A stretch of DNA of 62,973 nucleotides, the filler included, from Dimargaris cristalligena (Eukaryota), in the NCBI GenBank assembly GCA_003614675.1. It is 17 parts of 17 records of this genome, joined end to end, with 100 filler letters (N's around TTAATTAATTAA, not from the genome) between each part and the next. Parts side by side here need not be neighbours in the genome. Positions count along the whole stretch, not along the records: positions 11,225 to 14,854 come from ML003898.1; positions 14,955 to 18,580 come from ML003899.1; positions 18,681 to 22,305 come from ML003900.1; positions 22,406 to 26,026 come from ML003901.1; 13 more parts are not named here. The stretch is one strand, 5' to 3'. Numbering within the stretch: the stretch's first letter is position 1; every line of letters starts with the position of its first letter. Positions 11,859-25,400 of the stretch are shown in pieces. The translations under genes were made by a program, and so were the position numbers. Under the pieces are notes generated by a model. That model was not told the DNA's origin. It ran no database searches and worked only from the letters and a program-made list of their open reading frames with translations.

Positions 11859-13778
11859 TAAAACACTGGGAGGTGCCTGCATAAGTGCAGGTTAAATGAA
11901 ACCCGATGCTTGCATTATTGTTTCTGCTATATTGGTATGTATATAAGAAACTGCATGTGTCAGGACATGGCATCCTTTTTATATTGGGATGCTTATTTAT
12001 TAAATATACCGTAATAAACCAATCTTTTTAATTATGATAGAAATAAGTCTAGGATAACGGTCAATAGTAAGGTAATTGGACTGGATTATTCCGTATGTAT
12101 GATAATGCCACTGTGGCGATATGGATAATGATGGGGCTATGGATGGACGTCTTTGTCTGTATCAATGGAGATTATTAAACTAGGTTACTAAAATGGCTAC
12201 ACCAACATCTAAAATACCGGGGTTAATTTTATGTTACAACCAGGGTGTGGCATCTTCGGGTATTTCTTAGTCAGGGATACTTTCGGTTAATATCTTTCAA
12301 ATAAGGTGTCCGGAACTGCAAGTTCCCTAGACACCAATCCACTAATATCTCCTTTCCAACTTTTTGTTGTAAAATAACCGGCTATATATATATCTGTATA
12401 TACCCCCTTTGCTGTTATTTAGATAAAGGCTTTGGCAGGCATATTTATTGTACAGTACGCGGCCCAGAGGGGCACCTCTCTATTATCTAATATAATCTGG
12501 TCATTTAACTGATATGGTTACTTTACCGATAACCTTCACCATCAACAAGCCTATACCGTTGAATGTACATCATACTGTCAATAACCTTGCACCAACTGGT
12601 GGTCACTGTTTTCAATTTCTATCGCCTAATTATGTCAATGAAAAATTACTTGGTGACAGCCCTTTGTCTTTTGGTGTATATGGTGGATATAGTTATATTG
12701 ACTATAAAAATATCCCATTAACTTTACCATACCCATTACAATCTAAACCCTATACAGTTAGACAAAACCCTGCCTATATTAGGTGTAAGCTATTACAAGA
12801 GATAAAACTAGTACAACTGACCTTTGGGATACAATCACCCAATAAAAGAAGGTATTTTCTTGCTGGATTATATTCACTTTGTGTCTGTGGCTTCCACAGT
12901 CACAGCAGGGTTTGACCCTAGTTACCAAAGTGGCCCAACTCTATTGGAGCCCACCGACACAGTTGGGGTTATAGTCCCAGCCACTATGCCAGACAACCGG
13001 AGGGTCTTACAGCCACCCTTGACCCGACCACGGACTCCTTGCTAAAAAATTCCACTATCACTATAGCCAGTTAATGACCAGCCAATGAATTCATTGTTCT
13101 TGGAAGTTTGATATAGTTTTCCGGGCCCTCTTGATGCAATTAGATGTTAGTTATAGGTCATATAAATGTATATGGGTGATGCAACCTAATCCTTTAGTTT
13201 ACTAGCGCTCATATTATTTTATTAAAGATCTTATTACTAATTCCTCTGTCTAATAAATATACTTATAATATTTGCTATTCTAATAATACTACAGATGAAA
13301 TAAAAGCATCTCATTATTGGCTAGTGGAGCTTATTCATTGAGTTCCCTTTTCTGAAAAAGAAAGAGCCATACACATACCCATAGAGTGTGGCCTGCCCCA
13401 CACACTTTAGCTATTATTGGCTCTGGTGCTTCAAATAAAACCAGAAAATATGTGCTGCTGTGGACAGTTGCACAGAGGCTGCGTAAGTACCAGTACCCAT
13501 TACTACTCCAAGAAGTGGTCATGCTTTGGATGGATTCAAGGTCTCTGGATGATTGACGAGTTATTTTCATAGGAACAGTCCGGGGTTGAGAGTGCTATTT
13601 TATTTCTTTATACTAGCTGATTCTCTTTTCCTTCAGCTTTCTAAATCATACTTCCATTTGCTTTTCCATCTATTATTGACAAAGTTATAGGTTATTGAAA
13701 TCAATGGTGATTTTAACCCATGATAATTGACTACTTCATATCACTACTTTTATACTATTAATAATCCTTTATGAGTGG

Positions 13779-14355
13779 TGTCAGCCCTCCTAATCCAACC
13801 TGATCCAACTGGATGATCATCCGCCATATCAGGCCTTATAGCACCATATTGAACCCCCCATAGTCACCCCTGGTACTATGGGGATAACCATTATCATATA
13901 ATCCCACTGGTCATGCCCTCTGGAGTTCACCCTACTTACTCTACCATCAATTTGAGGCCTCTCGGTTCCCATGGAAGTCTTCCCAATACAAGGACCACCC
14001 AGCTGGTTTACTTATCAATAGCTTAGCTATGTAGTTCTTCTCCTTAGGACCTCCTGTTGGAGTAGTCCCCTGTGTATATATAACCAGGCCCATTTGGACT
14101 GGTTAGATTCTTCAGCTTATTCTTACCCCCTCAGTTTACTCAATAAACTCCTTATATACTTACCTGTCCCCATACTGATCAGTAAGTGTGCACTGCTGCA
14201 TGTCCCTTGCATAGTTAATGCACTTGCCTTTATTTAGTTAGTACCAAACCTTACCCTGACACTAGGAGCATGCTTGGCCGAGCCTAAGCCTACCTACTAT
14301 TAGAAGCCTATCCCCGAGACTATTGATGGACTAAGAGTGGTTAACTTAGGTAATA
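13779..14355 (+). mobile_element. LTR family A (~575 bp), followed by probable internal sequence to the contig end
   Basis: TGTCAGCCC start and eroded GGTAATA end; TATATAA (~14078) precedes AATAAA (~14142). Downstream block 14751-14819 matches 29843-29910 at a similar distance from another A LTR. Confidence 0.8.
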
Positions 14356-15051
14356 ACTAGTATGCTAATTGCAAATAGAAGTTGGAAAAACTGACCTGGG
14401 ACCTGAAGACTAAGTACCTGTACTACTATACCCAGGTACTCACATTTAGCTAATGTGGTAGGATCAACCAGACAGAGATCTGCCACTACCTCCTTTGCTT
14501 ACTTAAGGAGTCATAGTATAAGGACCTCTTTTACACAAAATACAAAGAATGGTGGGATCTATATAGTGTAATATTACATTGACTTAAGTAAGAGTTGTTT
14601 AAACTCCAATGACTAGATATATAACACCATAGACTATAAACAATTCCACCCCAGCCCTGCCATGGCTACCCCCAAACCCAGCATCATGAAGTTCATGGTA
14701 AAGCTAGGGAACTTCAAGCCCAGAGACAAACCTTACCCTAAGACTAACTATAAAGAACTAAAATCAAATCCTTGAAAACTGAACTTTATTTGAAAAGATA
14801 GGTGATAAAAAGGGAAAGGTGATGATAGACTTTCTGTTCCAAGAGATGGTAGCANNNNNNNNNNNNNNNNNNNNNNNNNNNNNNNNNNNNNNNNNNNNTT
14901 AATTAATTAANNNNNNNNNNNNNNNNNNNNNNNNNNNNNNNNNNNNNNNNNNNNGTATCCAGCTTTATTCAATCACATTCAACATATAAAAACAAATTTA
15001 TTATAAAAATGTATTTAACCTGCACTTTGGCAGGCACCTCCTAGGTTTGAA

Positions 15052-15273
15052 TCAAGTGGAGGCTGGAGTATTAGTATGACCCCGGTCGGCCCCGGAAAGT
15101 TCCGCCTGGGAGTCATGTGTGGGGTAATCCCTCTTAAGTCTTGAGGGATACCAAGTTTCACCCTGTAGGGGGTTACTTAAATTGATTTCATCCTGCATTA
15201 TTGCAGGGTACGACATGCCTGTATTGATATCGGAAGACAATGTGAAGTTAAGATATGACCATGAAATGGCCAT
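15052..15273 (-). CDS. 73-aa peptide of unknown function, paralog of 11682-11858
   Basis: Same MAI start and RDYP..D.QAEL..ADRG..N.PAS[ST]* end; upstream TATAAA and homologous promoter. Confidence 0.55.
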   Translation of the reverse strand: MAISWSYLNFTLSSDINTGMSYPAIMQDEINLSNPLQGETWYPSRLKRDYPTHDSQAELSGADRGHTNTPAST

Positions 15274-16726
15274 TAGAAACGGCGGCGGGTGCAAAATGGG
15301 CAAGAGAGATATTAGATTGGAGGGCGGTGGGGGGAGGAGTTTCGGTGTTAAAAGTGCCCGGGAAATTAAATTAACTTATGGATGCTGAAGGTGGAAATGG
15401 CTAGTATTTATACTTTTTTTACTGGCTAATTTATAAATCTAATACCGTGTAGGCGGTACTTTTCGACCTCTTCAAAGCTGACTATATGTACGTGACTAGT
15501 CCAAAATATTAATGGAAGACAATTTCCATTTTGTTGTGTATTAGGAATTGGCCTAGGAATGGCTGTCATACCACGAGGTTCCCTTTGTTGCCTAGTCAAA
15601 TGGCTTCATGAACATGTGCAATTGATGAAACTGTATTGTAATAGCTGCTGTATTTTAGTAAGACCCAATGGATACGTATTATGACCTAAAATAGGGTTAT
15701 GGCCGAGGCTATTGACAGGAGGCTTCTACAAAATAAGGGATTTATGATGACAATGTGGAAAAGCACCCTGAACTTCTAGGTCTGTTTTCCCCCAAGGACG
15801 ATCAGTCCAACTATAATGGCTAGTCCCTTCAATGTAACCTGCTGTACGCCTTTTTAGTAGATATTAAACCGCTGATCGAACATTGTAATGTACAGTCAAT
15901 GGTTCCAGTTAAACTATATCAGACCTGCTTTGCCGCCAATCGAAAACAAACCCTGTCTAGTCATTGCATGGCCATAGTCTAATGTTTCGCCCCTACTAGT
16001 AATGATGAAGCCTTTTGGCCTTTGGTGATGGATTAGAACAATTGGTAGTCCCAGAATTACTGGTAACCATTCAAGTTATAATCGGAATAAACAATGTAAA
16101 CTATATCATTGGTTGTTTACTTTGGTACCAATGGGCGCTGGGGGGGCAATTGTCCTGAATAAATCCATAGTCAGGTGGCTGCATCATGTTTCCATGGATT
16201 TGATAGTAAGCTGGTACCTTGTAGTAATATTGGCACTACTGAAATCACTATAATTCTTCAGAATGTCCCTTCTAGTCTGGGATCACTGATAGGAATATGT
16301 GAATTTCTTAAGTTGATCAGGTGGCTTCTCTCCTTTGCAATGGTATAACATTATAGTCTTTATAGACAGTGGATGTTGGAAATTCATTTCCCCCGTCCCA
16401 CCAATTCCTTTACTCTGATTAGCTCATCCTATACTCGGGACTATATTCTAATCTTTACTATATCATTCTATACCCGGGACTTCATCCTAGTCATTATTAC
16501 TACTAATTTCAACTTAATAAAACCTCCTGTGGGAATCTAGCCTTGCCCCTTGCAGTTCTTTCTCTCTTCTTTAAAACATTTTAGTTGTATTCGAAGGTAC
16601 TTGCGTTTACTATCAAATCCATATTTCCAACAGTGGATGTCCATGATAATGTTGTCTGGGTAAAAAATGGGCATTTGGCTGATAATAGTGTATATTTAAA
16701 GGTGGAGGAATAAGTGTTACTACTAT

Positions 16727-16950
16727 TATTGGAATATTAAGGACTTAAAGGAAATAAAACTGGAAGAAAGGGAAGAAAGCAGCTGGAGGACAGTAGGTAC
16801 CTCTAGGTAGTTAGTTTTATTGAACTGTAATTTTCTGTTAGGTGAAATATAAGTAGCTTACATAAATAATCTCATGATAGCAGAACAAACTAACATAATT
16901 GGATGAAAATAGGAAAGGATAAAGAACATGTAGTAACATATTCTCCAACA
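16727..16950. mobile_element. Solo LTR, family B, with 5-bp TSD ACTAT
   Basis: TATTGG (eroded TGTTGG)...CCAACA, flanked by ACTAT at 16722-16726 and 16951-16955. Confidence 0.9.
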
Positions 16951-17071
16951 ACTATAACTAATATATTATAACTAGACCTATATTCCTAGGATTGTGCATT
17001 TTATACCTTTAATCTAGAAAGGCATTACAGATCCCTTCAATGGTGTATTTTTATTATTATTATTATATAGA

Positions 17072-17624
17072 TATCACCCAATTTAACCACTCATAGTCCA
17101 TCAAGAGTCTTGGGGATAGGCTTCTAATAGTAGACAGGCTTAGGCTCAGCTAAGCATGTTCCTAGCATCAGGGTTGGTTGGTACTAACCAAATAAAGACA
17201 AGTGCAGTGGTGCACACTTACTGATTAGTAGGGGAGCAGGTAAGCATATATAGAGTTTATTGAGTAAACTAGGGGGTAAGAATAAGTTAAAGAATCTAAC
17301 TGGTCCAAAGTGCCCAGTTATATATATGTGGGGACTGCCCCAACGGGAGGTCCTAAGAGAGGAAATGCATAACTAGTTTATAGGTGAGTAAGCCAGTCAG
17401 GGGTCCTTGAATCAGGAAGACTCTTATGGGAACTGAAAGGTCTTAGATTGATGGGGGAGGAGTGAATAGTGCAACCTCCAGAGGACACAACTGGGGGGAT
17501 TATATATGATAACGGGTAGTCCCATAGTACTGTGGGTGACTATAGGGGACTCAATATGGTGCTATAAGGCCTGATATAGTGGGTGATCATCTAGTCAGAT
17601 TAAGTTGGACTAGGTAGACTGGCA
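17072..17624 (-). mobile_element. LTR family A copy
   Basis: Collinear similarity to 13779-14355 (reverse complement) and to 30261-30843. Confidence 0.85.
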
Positions 17625-17660
17625 TTCTTATTTTAAATACTGTAACTATAGTTTACTCAA

Positions 17661-18208
17661 TGTTGCCTGAGTTTACCACTCTTAATCCATCAAGAGTCCC
17701 AAGGATAGGCTTCTAACAGTAGGTGGGGCTTAGGCTTGGCCAAGTGGGCTACTAATATTAGGCGGGTGTGGTACTAACCAATAAGGGATAAGTGCAGGGC
17801 TTAATACAAGGGACATACAGCAAGCATACTTACTGGTTAATATAAGTGGGTAAGTGTATAAGGAGTTTATTGGGTAAACTGTGGGGGTAAGTATGAGATA
17901 AGAAACTTAACTGGTCCCAGAGGGGCCCAGCTATTTATACACAGGGATCACTTATACTAAGAGGTCCCTAGGAGAATAGGATGACTAATAAGAGGTGAAG
18001 GAAGGAGTCTTGACTGGGTGGTCTAGCTTCCAGAAGACTCCCTTGGGAAGGGAGTAACATTAGATCAGCCAGTGGAGTGTTGCATACAAAGCATTGAGGG
18101 GCTGGCCATAGAGGGTTATACAGCAAGGTCAGGCAATATGAATCTATAAGGTAGGATAGGATGGGCTGCTTGCTACTCCATATTTAGGTGGTATTAGGAG
18201 GGCTGACA
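17661..18208 (-). mobile_element. Solo LTR, family A, with near-perfect TSD
   Basis: TGTTGCC...GGCTGACA termini; flanks CTCAA/CTCAC. Confidence 0.85.
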
Positions 18209-18430
18209 CTCACCAAATTTTCTAAGCATAAGTACCTATTATCCACCAGTTACTTTCTTCCCTTACTTCTGTGGTACTGTAGAGTACAGGTAATTAAAAG
18301 GTCAATTTATTACCTGATTCCTTTACCAGTTATAATCAATTTACTAATATAAAGTACAGCTTCTTCAATCATATACCTTCAATTAATTCCATAAAACTAA
18401 GTAGTTGTTTTAAAAAACTTATTATATTAA

Positions 18431-18580
18431 TATTGCCTGGGTTAACCACTCTTAGTCCATCAAGCGTCCCAAGGATAAGCTTCTGTGGTAGGTAGGGCTT
18501 AGACTTAGCTAAGTGGGCTGCTAATATTAGGATGGGGAGTAGTACTAACTAATAAAGGATAAGTACAAGCTAATGCAAGG
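18431..18580 (-). mobile_element. LTR family A end, truncated by the contig edge
   Basis: TATTGCCTGGGTTAACCACTCTTAGTCCATCAAG terminus shared with the family. Confidence 0.8.
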
Positions 18581-20042
18581 NNNNNNNNNNNNNNNNNNNN
18601 NNNNNNNNNNNNNNNNNNNNNNNNTTAATTAATTAANNNNNNNNNNNNNNNNNNNNNNNNNNNNNNNNNNNNNNNNNNNNGCTATGTATTACCCAAAGGC
18701 TCGAAAATCCAACGGATTGCAATTATAGCAATAAGGTATACTGGACTACGCTCATTGTCCCCTAGGTGGAAATTTAGGAATAGCCGAGTATTGCCATGCG
18801 TCAAGCACACCAAAGGACCCACCACAATAGTAGCACCAATCTACAACCACATGAAGTAGTTTACAAGGAATATCTATATAAACTGTCAACTCCACCCCCC
18901 TCTGCCAATTTCGGCCGCCCTGTTCACTGAGACCCCCTCCTGATTTTGGAGCCATTTTCACCTTAACAAGCACCTTGATACTCGACTTTAATCCCATTGA
19001 AGTGGTTTTCGGCCATCTTATTTTTGGCCCAACAAGATCTTTTGTTAATTGAGGCATGCTATAAGCCCAATATTACCGTCTACATGAGTAGGTGAGCTCT
19101 ACATCTTGCTCTAAAGGGTGAATAATAGGCCGGGCCTAATATTAACAAGTCTGATAGATTAGTAACTTCATGGAAACCGAGGTCTGGGTGTGCCATTGTG
19201 CCACTCGCTCTACACTGCAGCATATTGTACACAGGGAAATATCTACAGAATAACTGACCGCTTGGACAAATGGATGAAGTTGGGATAGATAGCCCTAAGT
19301 ACATCAATTCCCCCGTTCTATCTATGCTAACAGGGTTTGTTGATTGGGGCATCATCTATTTCCCCAGAAAAATGGCTGTAGAGGGATTTATGTTTACCCT
19401 CCCCCCTTTATATATTCCCCTTTGGAAGGCTTGGTTTGAAGAAGTATAGCGCAAGCAGATAAAACACGCCGCAAAGTACTACTGGAAATAAGTTGTTAAT
19501 GTAATTTTGCCCCCCTAGCAAATAAATATATAGCTTGAAGGACTTTGGCATACTTCTGTCGGGTTAGAAATAGTAAACAATTCAATATGTACTTGTATTG
19601 GAGGATAGCATGAAGGAAACTATGGTTTTTGTAGATGTGAATTATAAACCTATCATTAAGTATGGATTTGTTTTGCTCTTGAAGGCCTGCAGTCTTGTCA
19701 GCCAATATCGCCCTGCCAATGTTCCCTGTTGAATAAGTAGTAATAAGCTGACTTGTGGTACTGTATTCACAGGAAGTCTACATATACCGACTCTACCTCA
19801 GTATATGAGCAGCTATCTGCTGTAATAGTATACTCCGTATTATATTGGCAGTTATTATGTTAAAGTGATACTTGTAATTTTACCCATTTAAAGTAAATAG
19901 CCATTATAGGATTGTTCTAAATAGTCAAAATACAATTTTATGAGCGTTACGATTTTTTTGGTTATATTTAAGATCGGGAAAATTCGTGAAGAACTTGATC
20001 AGTTAAAGGAAAGAGGAAGCGCAAGGTCGAATCCCGGGTATT

Positions 20043-21794
20043 TTATTCGTTTCGCGGTGCATGGGGGTCTACAGTCCAATAAATACGATTGGCCAAGCGA
20101 CTATTTAATAGTACTTCGCGTGTTTCGGCCGGTGAAAACCACTGGGTCTCGGCGGGTACGGCTAGGTTAGCCAACCTCAGCATTTTCTCGGCGGTGGGCC
20201 GGTGTACCCGAAGGGCCAATTGGGGAGGCAAGTGGTGGTCCCCGGTGGCATCTTGATTAAAATGAACGTGTCCGAACGCACTCGCATCATAAAACGAATC
20301 CATGAGATCGATTACGGGGTGCACAGGATGCTGATCCTGATGGGGGCCGGAGGCAGCATTCTCGAAACCGAGTAGGCGGCCCATCCACCAATTAGTTTCC
20401 ACTCGAGGGTTGATACCCATTGCCCAGGGTTTATATTCATCAGGCCCGTACTTTAATAGCAAATGGGCGATCAATTTAACGGGATAGCCAAAACTTAATG
20501 TCGGGAGGGGGCCCAATTTTTGGGCCAGTTCCATTAGTTCGGTGAATTTCCCCTGGGAGGCCATGACCGCAATAATCCCTCGCAGGGGTTCTTGAACCAC
20601 CCCATTATGCAAAATCTTCTGCCCTTCCAACCCATTCAGGGATCGCACTTCATTGGTCAGCGTACGAATGGGTTCGTATTTATATATGTCCAGGGCGGCA
20701 TAGATGGTTTCCAGATCCACCGTACTCTCGGCTAGATTGACCATGGCTTGGTAAATATCATCGGCGGACTGGTTGACTAGGTTCTCAACCAACGGGAAGA
20801 GGACCATTCGCTCCTTGGGGCCCAGTTCCTGGTTGAATCGGAGATATCCCCATTCGTTCTCAATCGTTTCGAGATTGGTCCGATAGGGCTTCAGTATGGC
20901 AGCTAACTTGCTCCGGTAGTTGTCAACTTCCTCAGCACTGTTGATCTTACCCCGTTGCCTATTATACAGATGAAACCGCCGGGCGCGTCCCATACTATCA
21001 TTGGTCAGCTTTAAATAGCGAAACCAGCTATCCAATAACACACAGTCTGCCAACTGGACAGGTATGAGACTTTGAATCTTTTGGGTATCAACCAAACCAT
21101 TAATCAGATCTTGAGTTAGCTAGCCAAGGCATGGTAGGTAGAACATCAAACAAAGGTATGTAGTAAAGTACATTAGTTGGTTAGCGAATATAGGTAGGTG
21201 CCTGGTGGGTTAACTAAAGATTACTAATGGAAAAAAGACATCCCAAAAGGGAAGTTGAGCCCTAAAGTGGAATCGAGCCCAATGCTATATCTTATATTGG
21301 GTTCGTACTAGGGCGAGACAATATCGATGGAGGTGCTTCTTGGTTACATATGTTCCCACTACTATTAATCAGGGTATTTTTTCAAGACATACTAAACCGG
21401 CACTCTGTATCACGGGGTAGCTCTTAGCCGCCTGGTGGAACCTGTTATTGGTAATAGAAAAGCGAAACCGATCTACGTTGTTTAAATAATTCCCCATTTG
21501 GTGAAGCGCTTCTGTAGGCATGCTGAGAATGGAGGCTGGGCCACTGCCATGTTGGCCATCGACGATATGCAATCCCTCATGGTCGTCACCAGGACTAGTC
21601 AATAAAGACGTATCCTGCAAATTCAGTGGTGGCAAGGGAACTGACGAACCCCCGGACAGGCTACTTGGGTTTTCTTCGGCGACAGCGGCACCCTCGTTTG
21701 TTGATTCCCTGCCCATACTAGGTCCGGGAAGACAGGTTACAGAGTGGAGCAGGGTAAGACTCAAAAGAGGGATAGATACAAAGTAGCGCTTCAT
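20043..21794 (-). CDS. Predicted secreted protein with an F-box-like motif; exons 21794-21393 and 21119-20043 (~492 aa; an extra internal exon is possible)
   Basis: Signal-like MKRYFVSIPLLSLTLLHSVTC-LP and F-box-like ILSMPTEALHQMGNYLNNVDRFRFSITNNRFHQAA. A GTATGT donor and a GCTAAC...TAG acceptor join in phase 0 to the 350-aa ORF. Confidence 0.65.
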
Positions 21795-22405
21795 TGTAAG
21801 AGAAGGTGGTAAGGTAAAATGGGTGGAGTGTAACTGTATAATAAAAGGCAATCAATGGAGGGGCCGGTAGAGGCTAAATAGCTAGTATTCTGGGGGCCAC
21901 ATATTCACCATAAAAACACACCCCAAGGAAAAATACTCGAAATAAACTATTGGTAATACTGACATTAGGGAGAGGTGCGATATATATAAGTCGGACAGTT
22001 CGAATACACTTTTTCAGGTAGATACTATATGTGGGTGGGCAGGACAGTTGCCGTTAAACTAAAGACACGATGTAGGGGAATGGCATCGCCTATTGATTCG
22101 TGGACTTTAATCTTAGGCGGGCTCGACAATTCAGCCATTGTACCAACGGCGTCCTACTGAAAACGTAAGACAAGGAATATTATAGGCCCCCATCGATTTT
22201 CATTGGCAACCCAATAAGGGATACATTCGACACAGTTCTACAGGACTTTGTACTGTAACCTAGTGCCGAGTAGGGCAGGATGAAGAGTGAAGAAGACGGC
22301 GCTGANNNNNNNNNNNNNNNNNNNNNNNNNNNNNNNNNNNNNNNNNNNNTTAATTAATTAANNNNNNNNNNNNNNNNNNNNNNNNNNNNNNNNNNNNNNN
22401 NNNNN

Positions 22406-25400
22406 TCGTCGTTCGGGGTATTGTGTATGGACAGTTCGAGTCCGTTGCTGGCAGATTCAGGGTGAGGAGTGATGCCCGGTGAATTGGCGTAATTCTCGGG
22501 AAAATGGTCAACCAAACGTTCGGCATTCGCGGGTTCATTGGTCAGGGCATCAGTCGGGGCCGGCTCGGATGCAATGGACGATGGCAAAATATGATTGGTT
22601 GCGGCTTCGGTGTCGTCGTTCGGGGTATTGTGTATAGACATCTCGAGTCCATTGCTGGCAGATTCAGGATGAGGAGAGATTACCGGTGAATTGGCATAAT
22701 TCTCTGGAAATTGGTCAACCAAACGTTCGGCATTCACGAGACTACCGACCAGGACCTCAGTCGGAGGCAGCTCTGAAGTGTTAGTCAGAGAATAAAGATA
22801 TATGGCCATCTCGATGGTATCGTTATCTGGGGTATTGGGCATAAACATCTCGAGGCTGTTGCTAGTGAAGTGAGGGTGTGATGAAATGACCAGCAAATCG
22901 GCATAATACTCGGCAAATTGGCCAACCAGACGATTGGCATTCACAGGATTATTGGTTAGGGCGCCAGTCGGAGCCGCCTCCGTTGCGACAGACAATAAAG
23001 CAAAATGATTGGCCATGGTGATGGTGTCGCCGTCCGGTGATTTTAACAAGACCATCTCACGGCCGTTGCCAGTGATTAGAAGGCGAGAGGACATGGCTAG
23101 TAGGTTAGCAAATAGGTCAACCATATGCTGGGCATTCGCGGGACTACTGACCAGGGCATCAGTCCGAGCCGGCTCGGATTCAATGGATGATGACGAAATA
23201 TGATTGGCCACGGCTTCGGTATCGTCGTTCGGGGTATCGTGTATGGACATCTCGAGTCCGTTGCTGGCAGATTCAGGGTGAGGAGTGATGCCCGGTGAAT
23301 TGGCGTAATTCTCGGGAAATGGGTCAACCAAACGTTCGGCATTCGCGGGTTCATTGGCCAGGGCATCAGTCGGGGCCGGCTCGGATGCAATGGACGATGG
23401 GAAAATATGATTGGCTGCGGCCTCGGTGTCGTCGTTCGGGGTATTGTGTATGGACATCTCGCGGCCGTTGCTGGCAAATTCAGGGTGAGGAGAAATGACC
23501 GGTGAATCGGCGTAATTTTCGGCAATCTGGTCCACCATACGTTGGGTGTTTGTAGGTGCATTGGCTGGGGCATCTGTTGGAGCCGGCTTGGATGCAACAG
23601 ACAACGACGAAAGAATTCTGGCCATGGCTTCGGTGCCGTCGTCCGAGGTATTTTGTTTGGGTATTCCAAAGCTGTTACTGGTGGGTTCGGGGTGAGGAGA
23701 AATGCCCAGCGATTCAACGTCTAACTTGGCAAATTTGTCAACCACATGTTGGCCATTCACGGGTTCATTGGCCAGGGCATCAGTTGGGGCCGGCTTGGAT
23801 GCAACAGACAACGACGAAAGAATTCTGGCCATGGCTTCGGTGCCGTCGTCCGAGGTATTTTGTTTGGGTATTCCAAAGCTGTTACTGGTGGGTTCGGGGT
23901 GAGGAGAAATGCCCAGCGATTCAACGTCTAACTTGGCAAATTTGTCAACCACATGTTGGCCATTCACGGGTTCATTGGCCAGGGCATCAGTTGGGGCCGG
24001 CTTGGATGCAACAGACAACGACGAAAGAATTCTGGCCATGGCTTCGGTGCCGTCGTCCGAGGTATTTTGTTTGGGTATTCCAAAGCTGTTACTGGTGGGT
24101 TCGGGGTGAGGAGAAATGCCCAGCGATTCGACGTCTAACTTGGCAAATTTGTCAACCACATGTTGGCCATTCGCGGGACCATTGGCCAGGGCATCAGTTG
24201 GAGCCGGCTTGGATGCGGCGGATGATGACGCAATATGACTGGATGCGGCCTCGGTGTCGTCGTTCGGGGTATTGTGTATGGACATCTCGCGGCCGTTGCT
24301 GGCAAATTCAGGGTGAGAAGAAATGACCAGTGAATCGGCGTAATTTTCGGCAATCTGGTCCACCACACGTTGGGTGTTTGCGGGTGCATTGGCTGGGGCG
24401 TCAGTCGGAGCTGGCTCCGATGTGATAGGTAGAGGAGATAGGCATTCAGCTATGGCGGCATCATCGACTGGAAAATTGAATATGGATATGTTGAGGTCAA
24501 TTTCGGCAACTTGAGAAACAATGGAATTGGTCTGCGTATCAGTAAAATACTGCGTAAGTTGACAGGCCGCAAGTATAGCATTCCCAGTATTATTGTTGAG
24601 GTCATCAGTAAGACCTGGGTCCAATTCGTTTGCCTGGCTAGGGAGTAGCTCGGGCATAGGCGCATCATCGGTCGGATTACTGGGCCCCGAAAAATCAAAC
24701 TTGGCATTGGCAAATGGTCTGACAGGATCTGCACCATTCCCGGGATTATTAACGATGGCGCCAGTGGGTTCCGGGTCCAATGTGTCAGTCTGAGCAGGGA
24801 GTAGCTCGGGCATAGGCACATCATCAGTCGGAATACCGAACCCGGGAAAATCGAACTTGGCATTGGCAAATGGTCGGACAGGAATTCCACCATTCTCGGG
24901 ATTATTAACAATGGCGCCAGTGGGTTCCAGGTCCATTGCGTTAGCCTGAGCAGGGAGTAGCTCGGGCATAGGCACATCATCGGTCGGAATACTGGGCCTC
25001 GAAAAATCAAGTGTGGTGTCGGCTAATTGATTGTCCAGAAGTGCACCATTATCGGTATTATTAACGATGCCACTAATAGGACCCGGGTCCAATGTGATGG
25101 CCGGAGTCGAGAGTATCTCGGAAAAGGCCATATCAACGTCCCGAAAATCGAACGCCGGAAAACCAAGTGCGGTGTCGGCTAATTGATTGTCAGAAATTGG
25201 GCCATCCTCGGGATTATTAGCGATGTTACCAAGAGGACCCGGGTCCAATGTGTCAGCCTGAGCAGGGAGTAACCCATCCAAAACAGTGAACTCGGCCGGA
25301 TTGGTACACATTGATAGGTCGTGATCAATGTTGGTGGATAAGGGATCGGAAGGAACGGCGAGAGCATCTGAGCCAAGTTGGGACAATTGATAGGCTGGAA

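Noticed and set aside
23556..24326. Cys/Trp-rich 256-aa repeat ORF on the plus strand
   Set aside because: Antisense reading of the 207-bp coding repeats.
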